From assembly GCF_032444005.1 (NCBI RefSeq), contig NC_091283.1:270878001-270942000 (forward strand): a stretch of DNA of 64,000 nt, given 5' to 3'. The stretch comes from Ranitomeya imitator (taxonomy: Eukaryota). Position 1 is the first letter of the stretch, and every line of letters begins with the position of its first letter. Below the pieces are notes generated by a model. It did no database searches. It was given only the letters and a program-made list of their open reading frames with translations, and was not told where the DNA came from. The position numbers and the translations under genes were made by a program. Below, one piece after another: positions 48,368 to 60,997 of this stretch.

Positions 48368-51300
48368 TCGCGACAGTACGGGCTCCTCTGTATATTATAT
48401 CCTGACAGTACAGGCTCCTCTGTATATTATATACAGACAGTACGGGCTCCTCTGTATATTATATACAGACAGTACGGGCTCCCCTGTATATTATATAAAG
48501 ACAGTACGGGCTCCTCTGTATATTATATACCGACAGTACGGGCTCCTCTGTATATTATATCCCGACAGTACGGGCTCCCCTGTATATTATATACAGACAG
48601 TACGGGCTCCTCTGTATATTATATACAGACAGTACGGGCTCCTCTGTATATTATATCCCGACAGTACGGGCTCCCCTGTATATTATATACAGACAGTACG
48701 GGCTCCTCTGTATATTATATACAGACAGTATGGGCTCCTCTGTATATTATATACAGACAGTACGGGCTCCTCTGTATATTATATACAGACAGTACGGCCT
48801 CTGTATATTATATCCCGACAGTACGGGCTCCTCTGTATATTATATCCCGACAGTACGGGCTCCTCTGTATATTATATACAGACAGTACGGGCTCCTCTGT
48901 ATATTGTATACAGACAGTACGGGCTCCTCTGTATATTATATACAGACAGTACGGCCTCTGTATATTATATACCGACAGTACGGGTTCCTCTGTAAATTAT
49001 ATACAGACAGTACGGGCTCCTCTGTATATTATATACTGACAGTACGGGCTCCTCTGTATATTGTATACAGACAGTACGGGCTCCTCTGTATATTATATAC
49101 AGACAGTACGGCCTCTGTATATTATATACCGACAGTACGGGCTCCTCTGTATATTATATACAGACAGTACAGGCTCCTCTGTATATTATATACAGACAGT
49201 ACGGGTTCCTCTGTAAATTATATACAGACAGTACGGGCTCCTCTGTATATTATATACCGACAATACGGGCTCCTCTGTATATTATATACAGACAGTACGG
49301 GCTCCTCTGTATATTATATCCCGACAGTACGGGCTCCCCTGTATATTATATAAAGACAGTACGGGCTCCTCTGTATATTATATACCGACAGTACGGGCTC
49401 CTCTGTATGTTATATCCCGACAGTACGGGCTCCTCTGTATATTATATCCAGACAGTACGGGCTCCTCTGTATATTATATACAGACAGTATGGGCTCCTCT
49501 GTATATTATATACCGACAGTACGGGCTCCTCTGTATAATATATACAGACAGTACGGGCTCCTCAGTATATTATATACAGACAGTACGGGCTCCTCTGTAT
49601 ATTATATACCGACAGTACGGGCTCCTCTATATTATATACAGACAGTACGGGCTCCTCTGTATATTATATACAGACAGTACGGGCTCCTCTGTATATTATA
49701 TACCGACAGTACGGGCTCCTCTGTATATTATATGCCGACAGTACGGGCTCCTCTGTATATTATATACAGACAGTACGGGCTCCTCTGTATATTGCATACA
49801 GACAGTACGGGCTCCTCTGTATTATATCCCGACAGTACGGGCTCCTCTGTATATTATATACTGACAGTACGGGCTCCTCTGTATATTGTATACAGACAGT
49901 ACGGGCTCCTCTGTATATTATATACAGACAGTACGGCCTCTGTATATTATATGCCGACAGTACGGGCTCCTCTGTATATTATATACAGACAGTACAGGCT
50001 CCTCTGTATATTATATACAGACAGTACGGGTTCCTCTGTAAATTATATACAGACAGTACGGGCTCCTCTGTATATTATATACCGACAGTACGGGCTCCTC
50101 TGTATATTATATACAGACAGTACGGGCTCTTCTGTATATTATATCCCGACAGTACGGGCTCCCCTGTATATTATATACAGACAGTACGGGCTCCTCTGTA
50201 TATTATATACCGACAGTACGGGCTCCTCTGTATGTTATATCCCGACAGTACGGGCTCCTCTGTATATTATATCCAGACAGTACGGGCTCCTCTGTATATT
50301 ATATACAGACAGTATGGGCTCCTCTGTATATTATATACCGACAGTACGGGCTCCTCTGTATATTATATACTGACAGTACGGGCTCCTCTGTATATTATAT
50401 ACAGACAGTACGGGCTCCTCTGTATATTATATACAGACAGTACGGGCTCCTCTGTATATTATATACAGACAGTACGGGCTCCTCTGTATATTATATACAG
50501 ACAGTACGGGCTCCTCTGTATATTATATACAGACAGTACGGGCTCCTCTGTATATTATATCCCGACAGTACGGGCTCCTCTGTATATTATATCCCGACAG
50601 TACGGGCTCCTCTGTATATTATATCCCGACAGTATGGGCTCCTCTGTATATTATATACAGACAGTACGGGCTCCTCTGTATATTATATACCGACAGTATG
50701 GGCTCCTCTGTATATTATATACCGACAGTACGGGCTCCTCTGTATATTATATACAGACAGTACGGGCTCCTCTGTATATTATAGACCGACAGTACGGGCT
50801 CCTCTGTATATTATAGACCGACAGTACGGGCTCCTCTGTATATTATATCCCGACAGTACGGGCTCCTCTGTATATTATATACAGACAGTACGGGCTCCTC
50901 TGTATATTATATACAGACAGTACGGGCTCCTCTGTATATTATATCCCGACAGTACGGGCTCCTCTGTATATTATATCCCGACAGTACGGGCTCCTCTGTA
51001 TATTATATCCCGACAGTACGGGCTCCTCTGTATATTATATACCGACAGTACGGGCTCCTCTGTATATTATATACCGACAGTACGGGCTCCTCTGTATATT
51101 ATATACCGACAGTATGGGCTCCTCTGTATATTATATACCGACAGTATGGGCTCCTCTGTATATTATATACCGACAGTACGGGCTCCTCTGTATATTATAT
51201 ACAGACAGTACGGGCTCCTCTGTATATTATAGACCGACAGTACGGGCTTCTCTGTATGTTATATACAGACAGTACGGGCTCCTCTGTATATTATATACCG

Positions 51301-53720
51301 ACAGTACGGGCTTCTCTGTATATTATATACAGACAGTACAGGCTCCTCTGTATATTATATACAGACAGTACGGGCTCCTCTGTATATTATATACCGACAG
51401 TACGTGCTCCTCTGTATATTATATACAGACAGTACGGGCTCCTCTGTATATTATATACAGACAGTACGGGCTCCTCTGTATATTATATACAGACAGTACG
51501 GGTTCCTCTGTATATTATATACAGACAGTACGGGCTCCTCTGTATATTATATACAGACAGTACGGGCTCCTCTGTATATTATATCCCGACAGTACGGGCT
51601 CCTCTGTATATTATATACCGACAGTACGGGCTCCTCTGTATATTATATACCGACAGTACGGGCTCCTCTGTATATTGTATACAGACAGTACGGGCTCCTC
51701 TGTATATTATATACAGACAGTACGGCCTCTGTATATTATATACCGACAGTACGGGCTCCTCTGTATATTATATACAGACAGTACAGGCTCCTCTGTATAT
51801 TATATACAGACAGTACGGGTTCCTCTGTAAATTATATACAGACAGTACGGGCTCCTCTGTATATTATATCCCGACAGTACGGGCTCCCCTGTATATTATA
51901 TAAAGACAGTACGGGCTCCTCTGTATATTATATACCGACAGTACGGGCTCCTCTGTATGTTATATCCCGACAGTACGGGCTCCTCTGTATATTATATCCA
52001 GACAGTACGGGCTCCTCTGTATATTATATACAGACAGTATGGGCTCCTCTGTATATTATATACCGACAGTACGGGCTCCTCTGTATAATATATACAGACA
52101 GTACGGGCTCCTCAGTATATTATATACAGACAGTACGGGCTCCTCTGTATATTATATACCGACAGTACGGGCTCCTCTATATTATATACAGACAGTACGG
52201 GCTCCTCTGTATATTATATACAGACAGTACGGGCTCCTCTGTATATTATATACCGACAGTACGGGCTCCTCTGTATATTATATGCCGACAGTACGGGCTC
52301 CTCTGTATATTATATACAGACAGTACGGGCTCCTCTGTATATTGCATACAGACAGTACGGGCTCCTCTGTATTATATCCCGACAGTACGGGCTCCTCTGT
52401 ATATTATATACTGACAGTACGGGCTCCTCTGTATATTGTATACAGACAGTACGGGCTCCTCTGTATATTATATACAGACAGTACAGCCTCTGTATATTAT
52501 ATGCCGACAGTACGGGCTCCTCTGTATATTATATACAGACAGTACAGGCTCCTCTGTATATTATATACAGACAGTACGGGTTCCTCTGTAAATTATATAC
52601 AGACAGTACGGGCTCCTCTGTATATTATATACCGACAATACGGGCTCCTCTGTATATTATATACAGACAGTACGGGCTCTTCTGTATATTATATCCCGAC
52701 AGTACGGGCTCCCCTGTATATTATATACAGACAGTACGGGCTCCTCTGTATATTATATACCGACAGTACGGGCTCCTCTGTATGTTATATCCCGACAGTA
52801 CGGGCTCCTCTGTATATTATATCCAGACAGTACGGGCTCCTCTGTATATTATATACAGACAGTATGGGCTCCTCTGTATATTATATACCGACAGTACGGG
52901 CTCCTCTGTATATTATATACTGACAGTACGGGCTCCTCTGTATATTATATACAGACAGTACGGGCTCCTCTGTATATTATTTACAGACAGTACGGGCTCC
53001 TCTGTATATTATATACAGACAGTACGGGCTCCTCTGTATATTATATACAGACAGTACGGGCTCCTCTGTATATTATATACAGACAGTACGGGCTCCTCTG
53101 TATATTATATACAGACAGTACGGGCTCCTCTGTATATTATATACAGACAGTACGGGCTCCTCTGTATATTATATCCCGACAGTACGTGCTCCTCTGTATA
53201 TTATATCCCGACAGTACGGGCTCCTCTGTATATTATATCCCGACAGTATGGGCTCCTCTGTATATTATATACAGACAGTACGGGCTCCTCTGTATATTAT
53301 ATCCCGACAGTACGGGCTCCTCTGTATATTATATACAGACAGTACGGGCTCCTCTGTATATTATATCCCGACAGTACGGGCTCCTCTGTATATTATATAC
53401 CGACAGTACGGGCTCCTCTGTATATTATATACCGACAGTATGGGCTCCTCTGTATATTATATACCGACAGTACGGTCTCCTCTGTATATTATAGACCGAC
53501 AGTACGGGCTCCTCTGTATATTATATCCCGACAGTACGGGCTCCTCTGTATATTATATACCGACAGTACGGGCTCCTCTGTATTTTATATACAGACAGTA
53601 CGGGCTCCTCTGTATATTATACAGACAGTACGGGCTCCTCTGTATATTCTATACAGACAGTACGGGCTCCTCCTGTATATTATATACTCAGCTGTACCGC
53701 TCCTCCTGTATATTATACAG
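48368..53720. repeat. 32-bp minisatellite (gacagtacgggctcctctgtatattatataca), about 165 copies
   Basis: Visible period; internal block duplicated at a 2550-bp offset. Confidence 0.95.
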
Positions 53721-54855
53721 ACTTGGTGGTAAATGAGGACCCACTGTTGGGGAACTGCCAGGAATAAGTGTCACATATGATGATGCATTGTGTGATGGAG
53801 TGATATGCTGTGTGGGGATCATTTTTGTATATATTTATTCAGTCGCCATGACAGCACAACGAGAGAGGGGATCCGCCCTTCAGGGACAGGAAACCTCAGA
53901 CATAAAAGGGCGGCACTTCACTCCCCCGCCAGTTGGTTTCCTGTCCCTGACAGTGGAACCTCTTCAGACAGGCCCAGAGAAGAGGGTTGAAGATAGAAGC
54001 TATCCCACTCCTGACAGGCCGATGCAGGTAGCGGGGGTCCCCTACCTCGGCCTGATCAGGGAGATGGAAGCACCACACGGCAGGGGGACTGTCTGTGTAG
54101 GTGACAGCAGGAGGAAGCAGCCCTAAGCGGGGGGCTTGACTTCTGTGGTGCCGCTGTTCACCTGGTACGTGAGGCCCAATGGTGCGCATCTGCCGGAGCT
54201 TCTGGGGTCGGTCCGCCGCTGCTGCTGGGGTCTGCGGTGGCTAGGTGAGCGCTGCCGTCCTTGTTCGGCGCGTCTGCTCTCAGCGCCGCGGCCGCATCTG
54301 GAAGGGGCGTGTCCTGATGACGCGGGTGCGGCGCGGGGCGATGACGCGGCCGCGCATGCGCGGTAGCGTCTTATCCTGGCTAATGGCGGCGCCCGGCGTC
54401 GCGGGGGGGGATTTTGGCCTCAGGGTGTCTGGCGCTCTACGGGCGCTAGCGGGGGCAGTACCAATTAGCGGTGCACCGAGGGATGTCCCTGCTGACCCCC
54501 CATCCGGGGGTGGTACCCAGGGGGATAGATTTAAACGCTGCACTGAGGCCTCAACATTGTTCCTGTCCACCATCTTGGAATGGAGTCTCTGGAAGGAACA
54601 CCGCAGCTGGGCGGTGAGCAGCAGCAGTTACCTGAACAACCTTTGAGCAGCTCCCAGCGGCGTTCTAGTGGCAGTAGTCGCGCTGGTAGAGCCAAAGAAA
54701 CTCAGAAGTCAACTAAGTCCTCTGGCCGTAAGGAATCTCCGGCTAAGAAGGACCCCCCGATCACGGTACCATTCACTGCAGGGATGGGTAAGTGAGCTTC
54801 GTGAAAGTACATTTCTGATAGCTGTCCCTCCTTGTATTCCCTCTCTCCTTATTAG

Positions 54856-56094
54856 GGGAGGAAATCTGTGTCCAAATCCAAACATAGAGAGTGTGCCATC
54901 TGTACGGAACCTCTTCCGGATGGACATAAAAAGAAATTGTGCAGCATCTGCATTCAACAATTAATTGAGGACGAGACCCCTGACCTTACGTCTACTCTTA
55001 GGGATCTGGTTAGACAGGAGGTCAGAGATTCCATAAGGTCTCAGAAGACAGTTTCAAAAAAGAGGAAGGAGATATTATCCCCAGCCTCGGATGTGGATTC
55101 AGACACGGGTGGTGTGAGTTCGGATTCTCATCCGTCATCATCATCAGAGGACGTGGAATCTAGTCGAACCTGTCTATCACTGGACAGGGTTAACCGCTTA
55201 GTCAAAGCTGTCAATAGCACTATGGGCATTGAGGAGACCCAGGCGGAATGTTCCATCCAGGATATAATGTTTAAAGGCATAGATCGCAAATCCAGAAGAG
55301 TATTTCCCGTAGTTGATAAAGTTAAGTCTCTGATTACGAGAGAATGGAAAAAACCCGAAAGGAAGGGGTCTCTCCCACCAGCGTTCAAAAGAAGATATCC
55401 CTTTGAGGAAGAAGCTTCTTCCTCCTGGGACAAGGTCCCGAAACTGGATGCGGCGGTGGCTAAAGCATGTAAAAAGACGTCTCTTCCGTTTGAGGATCTG
55501 GGGAGCCTAAAAGACCCGCTTGATAGGAAAGCTGAGGTATTCCTTAAAGGAGCTTGGGAAACATCAGCGGGTTCCCTGAGACCAGCGATTGCGGCCACCT
55601 GCACTGCCCGGTCGTTGATGGTATGGCTGGGTAATCTAGAAGACCAGCTCAAGGATAAGGTTCCTAGGAGCAAGATCCTATCTTCTATGTCTATGATTCA
55701 GGATGCAGCAGCCTTCCTTGCGGATGCGTCAGCCGATTCTGTTAGGCTAGCGGCAAGGTCATCAGCACTGTCCAATGCGGCCCGTAGGGCTCTTTGGATA
55801 AAATGCTGGCCAGGAGACTTGCAGGCCAAATCAAAACTATGTGGCATCCCCTGTGAGGGGGTTCATTTGTTTGGCCCAGTGCTGGATGAGCTTCTAGAAA
55901 AAGCAGGTGACAGTAAGAAGCGATTCCCTCTCCTAACAAGACCCTTCTATAGACGGGACTATAATAGAGGAGGGCCATATCGCCGAAGATCGGACAGGGA
56001 TTCAAATAGAGAATCGACCAGATACAACTCTTACAGGAGAAGAGGTAGAGGTTACATGTTTAACTCTTCTAGAGACTCTAAAAAGCATCAATGA
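54856..56094 (+). CDS. DIRS ORF1 (gag-like; C4 finger and LAP2alpha-like domain)
   Basis: ECAIC...LCSIC; WDKVPKLDAAVAK...LKDPLDRKAE; AADSVRLAAR...RRALW. The start is probably supplied by an upstream exon. Confidence 0.85.
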   Translation, partial: GRKSVSKSKHRECAICTEPLPDGHKKKLCSICIQQLIEDETPDLTSTLRDLVRQEVRDSIRSQKTVSKKRKEILSPASDVDSDTGGVSSDSHPSSSSEDVESSRTCLSLDRVNRLVKAVNSTMGIEETQAECSIQDIMFKGIDRKSRRVFPVVDKVKSLITREWKKPERKGSLPPAFKRRYPFEEEASSSWDKVPKLDAAVAKACKKTSLPFEDLGSLKDPLDRKAEVFLKGAWETSAGSLRPAIAATCTARSLMVWLGNLEDQLKDKVPRSKILSSMSMIQDAAAFLADASADSVRLAARSSALSNAARRALWIKCWPGDLQAKSKLCGIPCEGVHLFGPVLDELLEKAGDSKKRFPLLTRPFYRRDYNRGGPYRRRSDRDSNRESTRYNSYRRRGRGYMFNSSRDSKKHQ

Positions 56095-57991
56095 CTGGCG
56101 GCCCAGGTGGGCGGTAGGCTTTTGGCCTTCTACCCAGCCTGGGTAAAAATCACCAATAGTCCATGGATACTCAGTATCATTAAAGAGGGGCTAAAGTTCC
56201 AATTCCACCATACCCCCCTGGAAAAATTCAAATTAACTCCTATCCGTTCTTCTCCCGCAGAACAGTTGGCGTTGGAGTCAGAGGTTCGAGATCTCCAAAA
56301 AAAGGGGGTTCTCGTTAAAGTACCTACGGAGGAACAAGGTACGGGGTTTTACTCCCCTTTATTCCTGGTAAAGAAGCCAGATGGATCTTATCGTACCATC
56401 ATCAATCTGAAGGGCCTGAATGTATTCCTGCTGGTCCCATCCTTTAAAATGGAATCTGTGAAGTCGGCAATAAAGCTTCTTTTTCACAATTGCTTCATGG
56501 TTGTCTTAGATCTGAAAGACGCCTATTATCATGTCCCGATACATGCAACTCATCAGCGCTTTCTCAGGGTGGCGATTTCTCTTGCCGGCACAGTGGAGCA
56601 CTTTCAATATCGGGCACTCCCCTTTGGTGTTGCAGTCACACCTCGGGTGTTCACTAAGATTATGGTGGAGGTTATGGCACACCTTCATGAGCAAGATATA
56701 CTAATAATTCCCTATCTGGATGATTTATTGATCGTTGGGCGCTCAGAGTTACACTGTAAAGAACAGTTGGGGAAAGTGATGGCGGCGTTACACAACTTAG
56801 GATGGATTATCAATCTCAAAAAGTCGCGTCTTCAGCCCTCAACATCACAGCAGTTCTTGGGTCTTACTGTGGATTCAGCTCAGCAGGAATGTCGCCTGCC
56901 AGACTCAAAAGTTGATACTATTCACCGGCTGGCCTCCAGAGCAATTAGTAATCCCGTAGTTTCCCTAAGAAGTGCTATGTCACTCTTAGGTTCACTTACT
57001 TCTTGTTTTCCGGCGGTGATGTGGGCACAGTTTCACTCCAGGGCTCTGCAATGGGATGTTCTGCATAATTTTCGGCGTCTGGGCGCTAACCTTGACAAAA
57101 ATTTTTCCCTATCTGTAGAGGCCACGGGTTCACTAAGGTGGTGGACACACATCCCTAATCTGCGTAAAGGGGTACCTTGGACATATCAGATATCACGGGT
57201 AATAACAACGGATGCTAGCCCCACGGGGTGGGGAGCACACTGGGAGGGCAATTGCATTCAGGGTCTGTGGTCCCATTCTGAGCGAGACACGTCCTCCAAT
57301 CTGAAGGAATTGATGGCGGTGGAACGCGCCTTAGATAGGTTCCTTATACCTCTGCAGGGTAGACATGTTAGGATACTCTCTGACAACCAGGTGACCGTTG
57401 CTTATGTGAACCACCAAGGAGGTACACGGTCTAGGTCATTAATGAACGTTACAAATCATATCTTTCAGATGGCCGAAAATCACCTGCTCTCCCTTACGGC
57501 CCTTCATATAAAGGGAAATCTAAATACCATGGCCGATTACTTAAGCCGCAACGGAGCTCAAACAAGGGGACTGGTCTCTAAAACCGGCTGTCTTCAATCA
57601 GATCGTGCGGTTGTGGGGATGTCCAGAGATAGATCTGTTTGCCAGTCGAGGAAACAAGAAACTCCATCAATTCTGTTCCCTAGACCCAAGGGACAACCCG
57701 TACGCAGTCGACGCTTTTCTGATCCCCTGGAATTTCAATCTCGCCTACGCTTTCCCTCCTCTGAATCTCATTCCTATAGTTCTGAGGAAAATTCGGGAAG
57801 ACGGAGCCCGAGTGGTTTTAATAGCCCCATTCTGGCCCAGAAGGTCTTGGTTCCCATGGTTGAGAAGCATGTCCATTTCCCAACCATGGATCCTCCCAGA
57901 AATACCGGACCTCCTTTCCCAGGGTCCAGTCTTCCATCCACGAGTAACCAACTTGCACCTGACAGCGTGGAACTTGAGAGGTCACTTCTGA
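56095..57991 (+). CDS. DIRS ORF2: reverse transcriptase, RNase H, DNA adenine methyltransferase-like; +1 frameshift near 57550
   Basis: LDLKDAYYH, LPFG, YLDD, TDAS, ELMAV, SDN and ADYLSR. The GDWSL...DLFAS...YAFPP methyltransferase segment is displaced one frame (57605-57991). Confidence 0.9.
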
Positions 57992-59001
57992 AAGGAAAGG
58001 GATTCTCCCAGAATCTTGTAAATACTCTACTTAAAAGTAGGAAAGCCTCCACGACTAGCATTTATGTTAGGGTATGGAGGAAGTTCCTATCAAGTTCAGG
58101 AGCACAAATCGATCAAAAACCTGATATTGCTCAGATCCTAGAATTTTTACAGAAGGGCTTAGAGTTAGGCTTAGCCACCAGCACCCTTAGAGTTCAGGTT
58201 TCAGCTCTAGGGGCACTATATAATTCCAACATAGCCAGTAATCACTGGATAACAAGGTTTTTCAAAGCGGTCACCAGATCCAGGCCGGTTGTTAAACAGA
58301 GAATAGTTCCATGGGACCTAAATCTTGTGCTCTCAGCTCTAACACAAGCTCCGTTCGAGCCTATTGACTCTGTCCCGATCAAGATCCTGTCGGTCAAAAC
58401 AGCCCTCTTAGTTGCTCTTACATCGGCAAGAAGGGTTAGTGATCTTCAGGCATTATCCAGGCAACGTCCATATATGCAATTTTTGGAAGATAGAGTGGTG
58501 ATGAGTCCTGACCCTCTTTATCTTCCAAAGGTTGCCTCAAAATTTCATAGATCCCAGGAGGTGATCCTACCTTCATTTTGTCCTAATCCCTCTGACAATA
58601 AGGAGCAGAGATTTCATTGTTTGGACGTACGTAGGTGCCTTCTTAAATACATTTCAGTAACAGACACCTGGAAAAAAGACCACGCATTATTTTTATCCTA
58701 CCAGGGGGTTAGGAAGGGACTTAGAGTATCAAAAAATACCCTAGCCAGATGGATTAGGGAGGCGATATCTCTTGCTTATACCGCAGGTGGCGTGGAGATT
58801 CCAGAAGGTATAAAGGCTCACTCCACTCGTGCGGTAGCCACATCCTGGGCTGAGAGAGCAGAAGTATCGATTGAGGACATCTGTAAGGCGGCCACATGGT
58901 CTTCTCCATCCACCTTTCTTAGACACTATAGATTAGATCTAGGTGGCTCCTCCGACCTCACGTTTGGGAGAAGGGTGCTGGAAGCTATTATCCCTCCCTA
59001 G
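57619..59001 (+). CDS. DIRS ORF3 tyrosine recombinase
   Basis: Catalytic residues in LTSARRVSDL, KAHSTR and TFLRHY; the N-terminal part overlaps the MT frame. Confidence 0.9.
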   Translation: MSRDRSVCQSRKQETPSILFPRPKGQPVRSRRFSDPLEFQSRLRFPSSESHSYSSEENSGRRSPSGFNSPILAQKVLVPMVEKHVHFPTMDPPRNTGPPFPGSSLPSTSNQLAPDSVELERSLLKGKGFSQNLVNTLLKSRKASTTSIYVRVWRKFLSSSGAQIDQKPDIAQILEFLQKGLELGLATSTLRVQVSALGALYNSNIASNHWITRFFKAVTRSRPVVKQRIVPWDLNLVLSALTQAPFEPIDSVPIKILSVKTALLVALTSARRVSDLQALSRQRPYMQFLEDRVVMSPDPLYLPKVASKFHRSQEVILPSFCPNPSDNKEQRFHCLDVRRCLLKYISVTDTWKKDHALFLSYQGVRKGLRVSKNTLARWIREAISLAYTAGGVEIPEGIKAHSTRAVATSWAERAEVSIEDICKAATWSSPSTFLRHYRLDLGGSSDLTFGRRVLEAIIPP

Positions 59002-59393
59002 TCACCTTTTCACTTCTCTGAAAGTCTCTCGTTGTGCTGTCATGGCGACTGAATAAATACGTACGCTACTCACCTGGTAGCAGTGTTTTTTCAGGAGCCA
59101 TGACAGCACCCTTATATTCCCTACCCTCTTTGTTTATGGGTTCAACACTTCCTTTAGAGAAATTCCTAAGTTTATTCACTGGGTGAATTGTACCATATAT
59201 TAATATTGTTTATGTGCTACTAACCTAGAAGGTCCTTTCATACTCTGTAAACCAACTGGCGGGGGAGTGAAGTGCCGCCCTTTTATGTCTGAGGTTTCCT
59301 GTCCCTGAAGGGCGGATCCCCTCTCTCGTTGTGCTGTCATGGCTTCTGAAAAAACACTGCTACCAGGTGAGTAGCGTACGTATTTCTATTTTA

Positions 59394-60822
59394 AGGTACC
59401 GTCACATTTAGCGACACTGCTGCGATCTAGACAACGATGCCGATCGCTGCAGCGTCGCTGTTTGGTCGCTGGAGAGCTGTCACACAGACAGCTCTCCAGC
59501 GACCAACGATCCCGAAGTCCCCTGGTAACCAGGGTAAACATCGGGTTATTAAGCGCAGGGCCGCGCTTAGTAACCCGATGTTTACCCTGGTTACCAGCGT
59601 AAACGTAAAAAAAAAAAAACACTACATACTTACATTCCGCTGTCTGTCCCCCGGCGCTGTGCTTCTCTGCACTGACTGAGCGCCAGCCGGAAAGCACAGC
59701 GGTGACGTCACCGCTGTGCTCTGCTCTCCTGCCGGCCGGTGCTCACAGCGCAGAGAAGCAGAGCGCCGGGGGACAGACACCGGAATGTAAGTATGTAGTG
59801 TTTGGTTTTTTTTACGTTTACGCTAGTAACCAGGGTAAACATCGGGTTACTAAGCGCAGCCCTGCGCTTAGTAACCCGATGTTTACCCTGGTTACCAGTG
59901 AAGACATCGCTGAATCGGCGTCACACGCCGATTCAGTGATGTCTGCAGGAGTCCAGCGACGAAATAAAGTTCTGGACTTTCTGCTCTGACCAACGATGGC
60001 ACAGCAGGATCCTGATCGCTGCTGCCTGTCAAGCTCAACGATATCGCTATCCAGGATGCTGCAACGTCACGGATCGCTAATGATATCGTTCAGTGTGGAG
60101 GTACCTTTATTGACCTGGCCGTGATCGTAGGTAAATCGTAGTGTGGTCGCTGGGGAGCTGTCACACAGACAGCTCTCCAGCGACCAACGATGCCGAGGTC
60201 CCTGGGTAACCAGGGTAAACATCGGGTAACTAAGCGCAGGACCGCGCTTAGTAACCCGATGTTTACCCTGGTTACAAGCGTAAAACTAAAAAAAAACAAA
60301 CAGCACATACTTACATTCTGGTGTCCGTCAGGTCCCTTGCCGTCTGCTTCCCGCACTCACTGACTGCCGGCCGTAAAGTGAAAGTGAAAGCACAGCCGCT
60401 GTGCTCTGCTTTCACTTTACGGCCGGCAGTCACAGTGCGGGAAGCAGACGGCAAGGGACCTGACGGACACCAGAATGTAAGTATGTGCTGTTTGTTTTTT
60501 TTAAGTTTTACGCTTGTAACCAGGGTAAACATCGGGTTACTAAGCGCGGCCCTGCGCTTAGTAACCCGATGTTTACCCTGGTTACAAGCGAACGCATTGC
60601 TGGATCACATCGCTAGATCGGTGTGACACACACCGATCTAGCGATGACAGCGGGAGATCCAGCGACGAAAGAAAGTTCTAAACGATCTGCTACGACGTAC
60701 GATTCTCAGCAGGATCCCTGATCGCTGCTGCGTGTCAGACACAGCGATATCGTAACGATATCGCTGGAACGTCACGAATCGTACCGTCGTAGCGATCAAA
60801 ATGGCAGTGTGTGACGGTACCC
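59394..60822. mobile_element. PIF/Harbinger-type MITE pair (about 59394-60106 and 60110-60822) with internal hairpins
   Basis: TTA|AGGTACCGTCACA...GTGGAGGTACCT|TTA and ...TGTGACGGTACCC|TTA. Four copies of the about 70-bp gtaaccagggtaaacatcgggtt...aacccgatgtttaccctggttac palindrome. Confidence 0.7.
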
Positions 60823-60923
60823 TTAAAATATCAGGGAGGTGAGACACAGATCAGTCCTGTGTGGAATGAGTTCAGGAGGGGGAAGGTTGCAGGGGCTCAT
60901 TGTCTAAACAAGCTAGGTCAATA

Positions 60924-60997
60924 TAATAATAATCTTTATTTTTATATAGCGCTAACATATTCCGCAGCGCTTTACACAGTTTTGCACACATTATCAT
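60924..60997 (-). mobile_element. Truncated 3' tail of the same SINE family
   Basis: Near identical to 40781-40850. Confidence 0.75.

Larger units (their letters stand above)
53834..59385 (+). mobile_element. DIRS1-type tyrosine-recombinase retrotransposon, near full length (5552 bp)
   Basis: Left TR 53834-53939, inverted right TR 59249-59344 plus rE to 59385. The ICR (59025-59109) is complementary to both ends, with TTT at both junctions. gag, RT/RH/MT and YR ORFs are present. Confidence 0.95.

Noticed and set aside
45722-53720. CRISPR-like regular repeats
   Set aside because: Head-to-tail units with no unique spacers, no cas genes, eukaryotic context.
56107-59001. A genuine novel RT-recombinase polyprotein family
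   Set aside because: Explained by one extra base in a standard DIRS1 layout; kept only as a low-interest finding.
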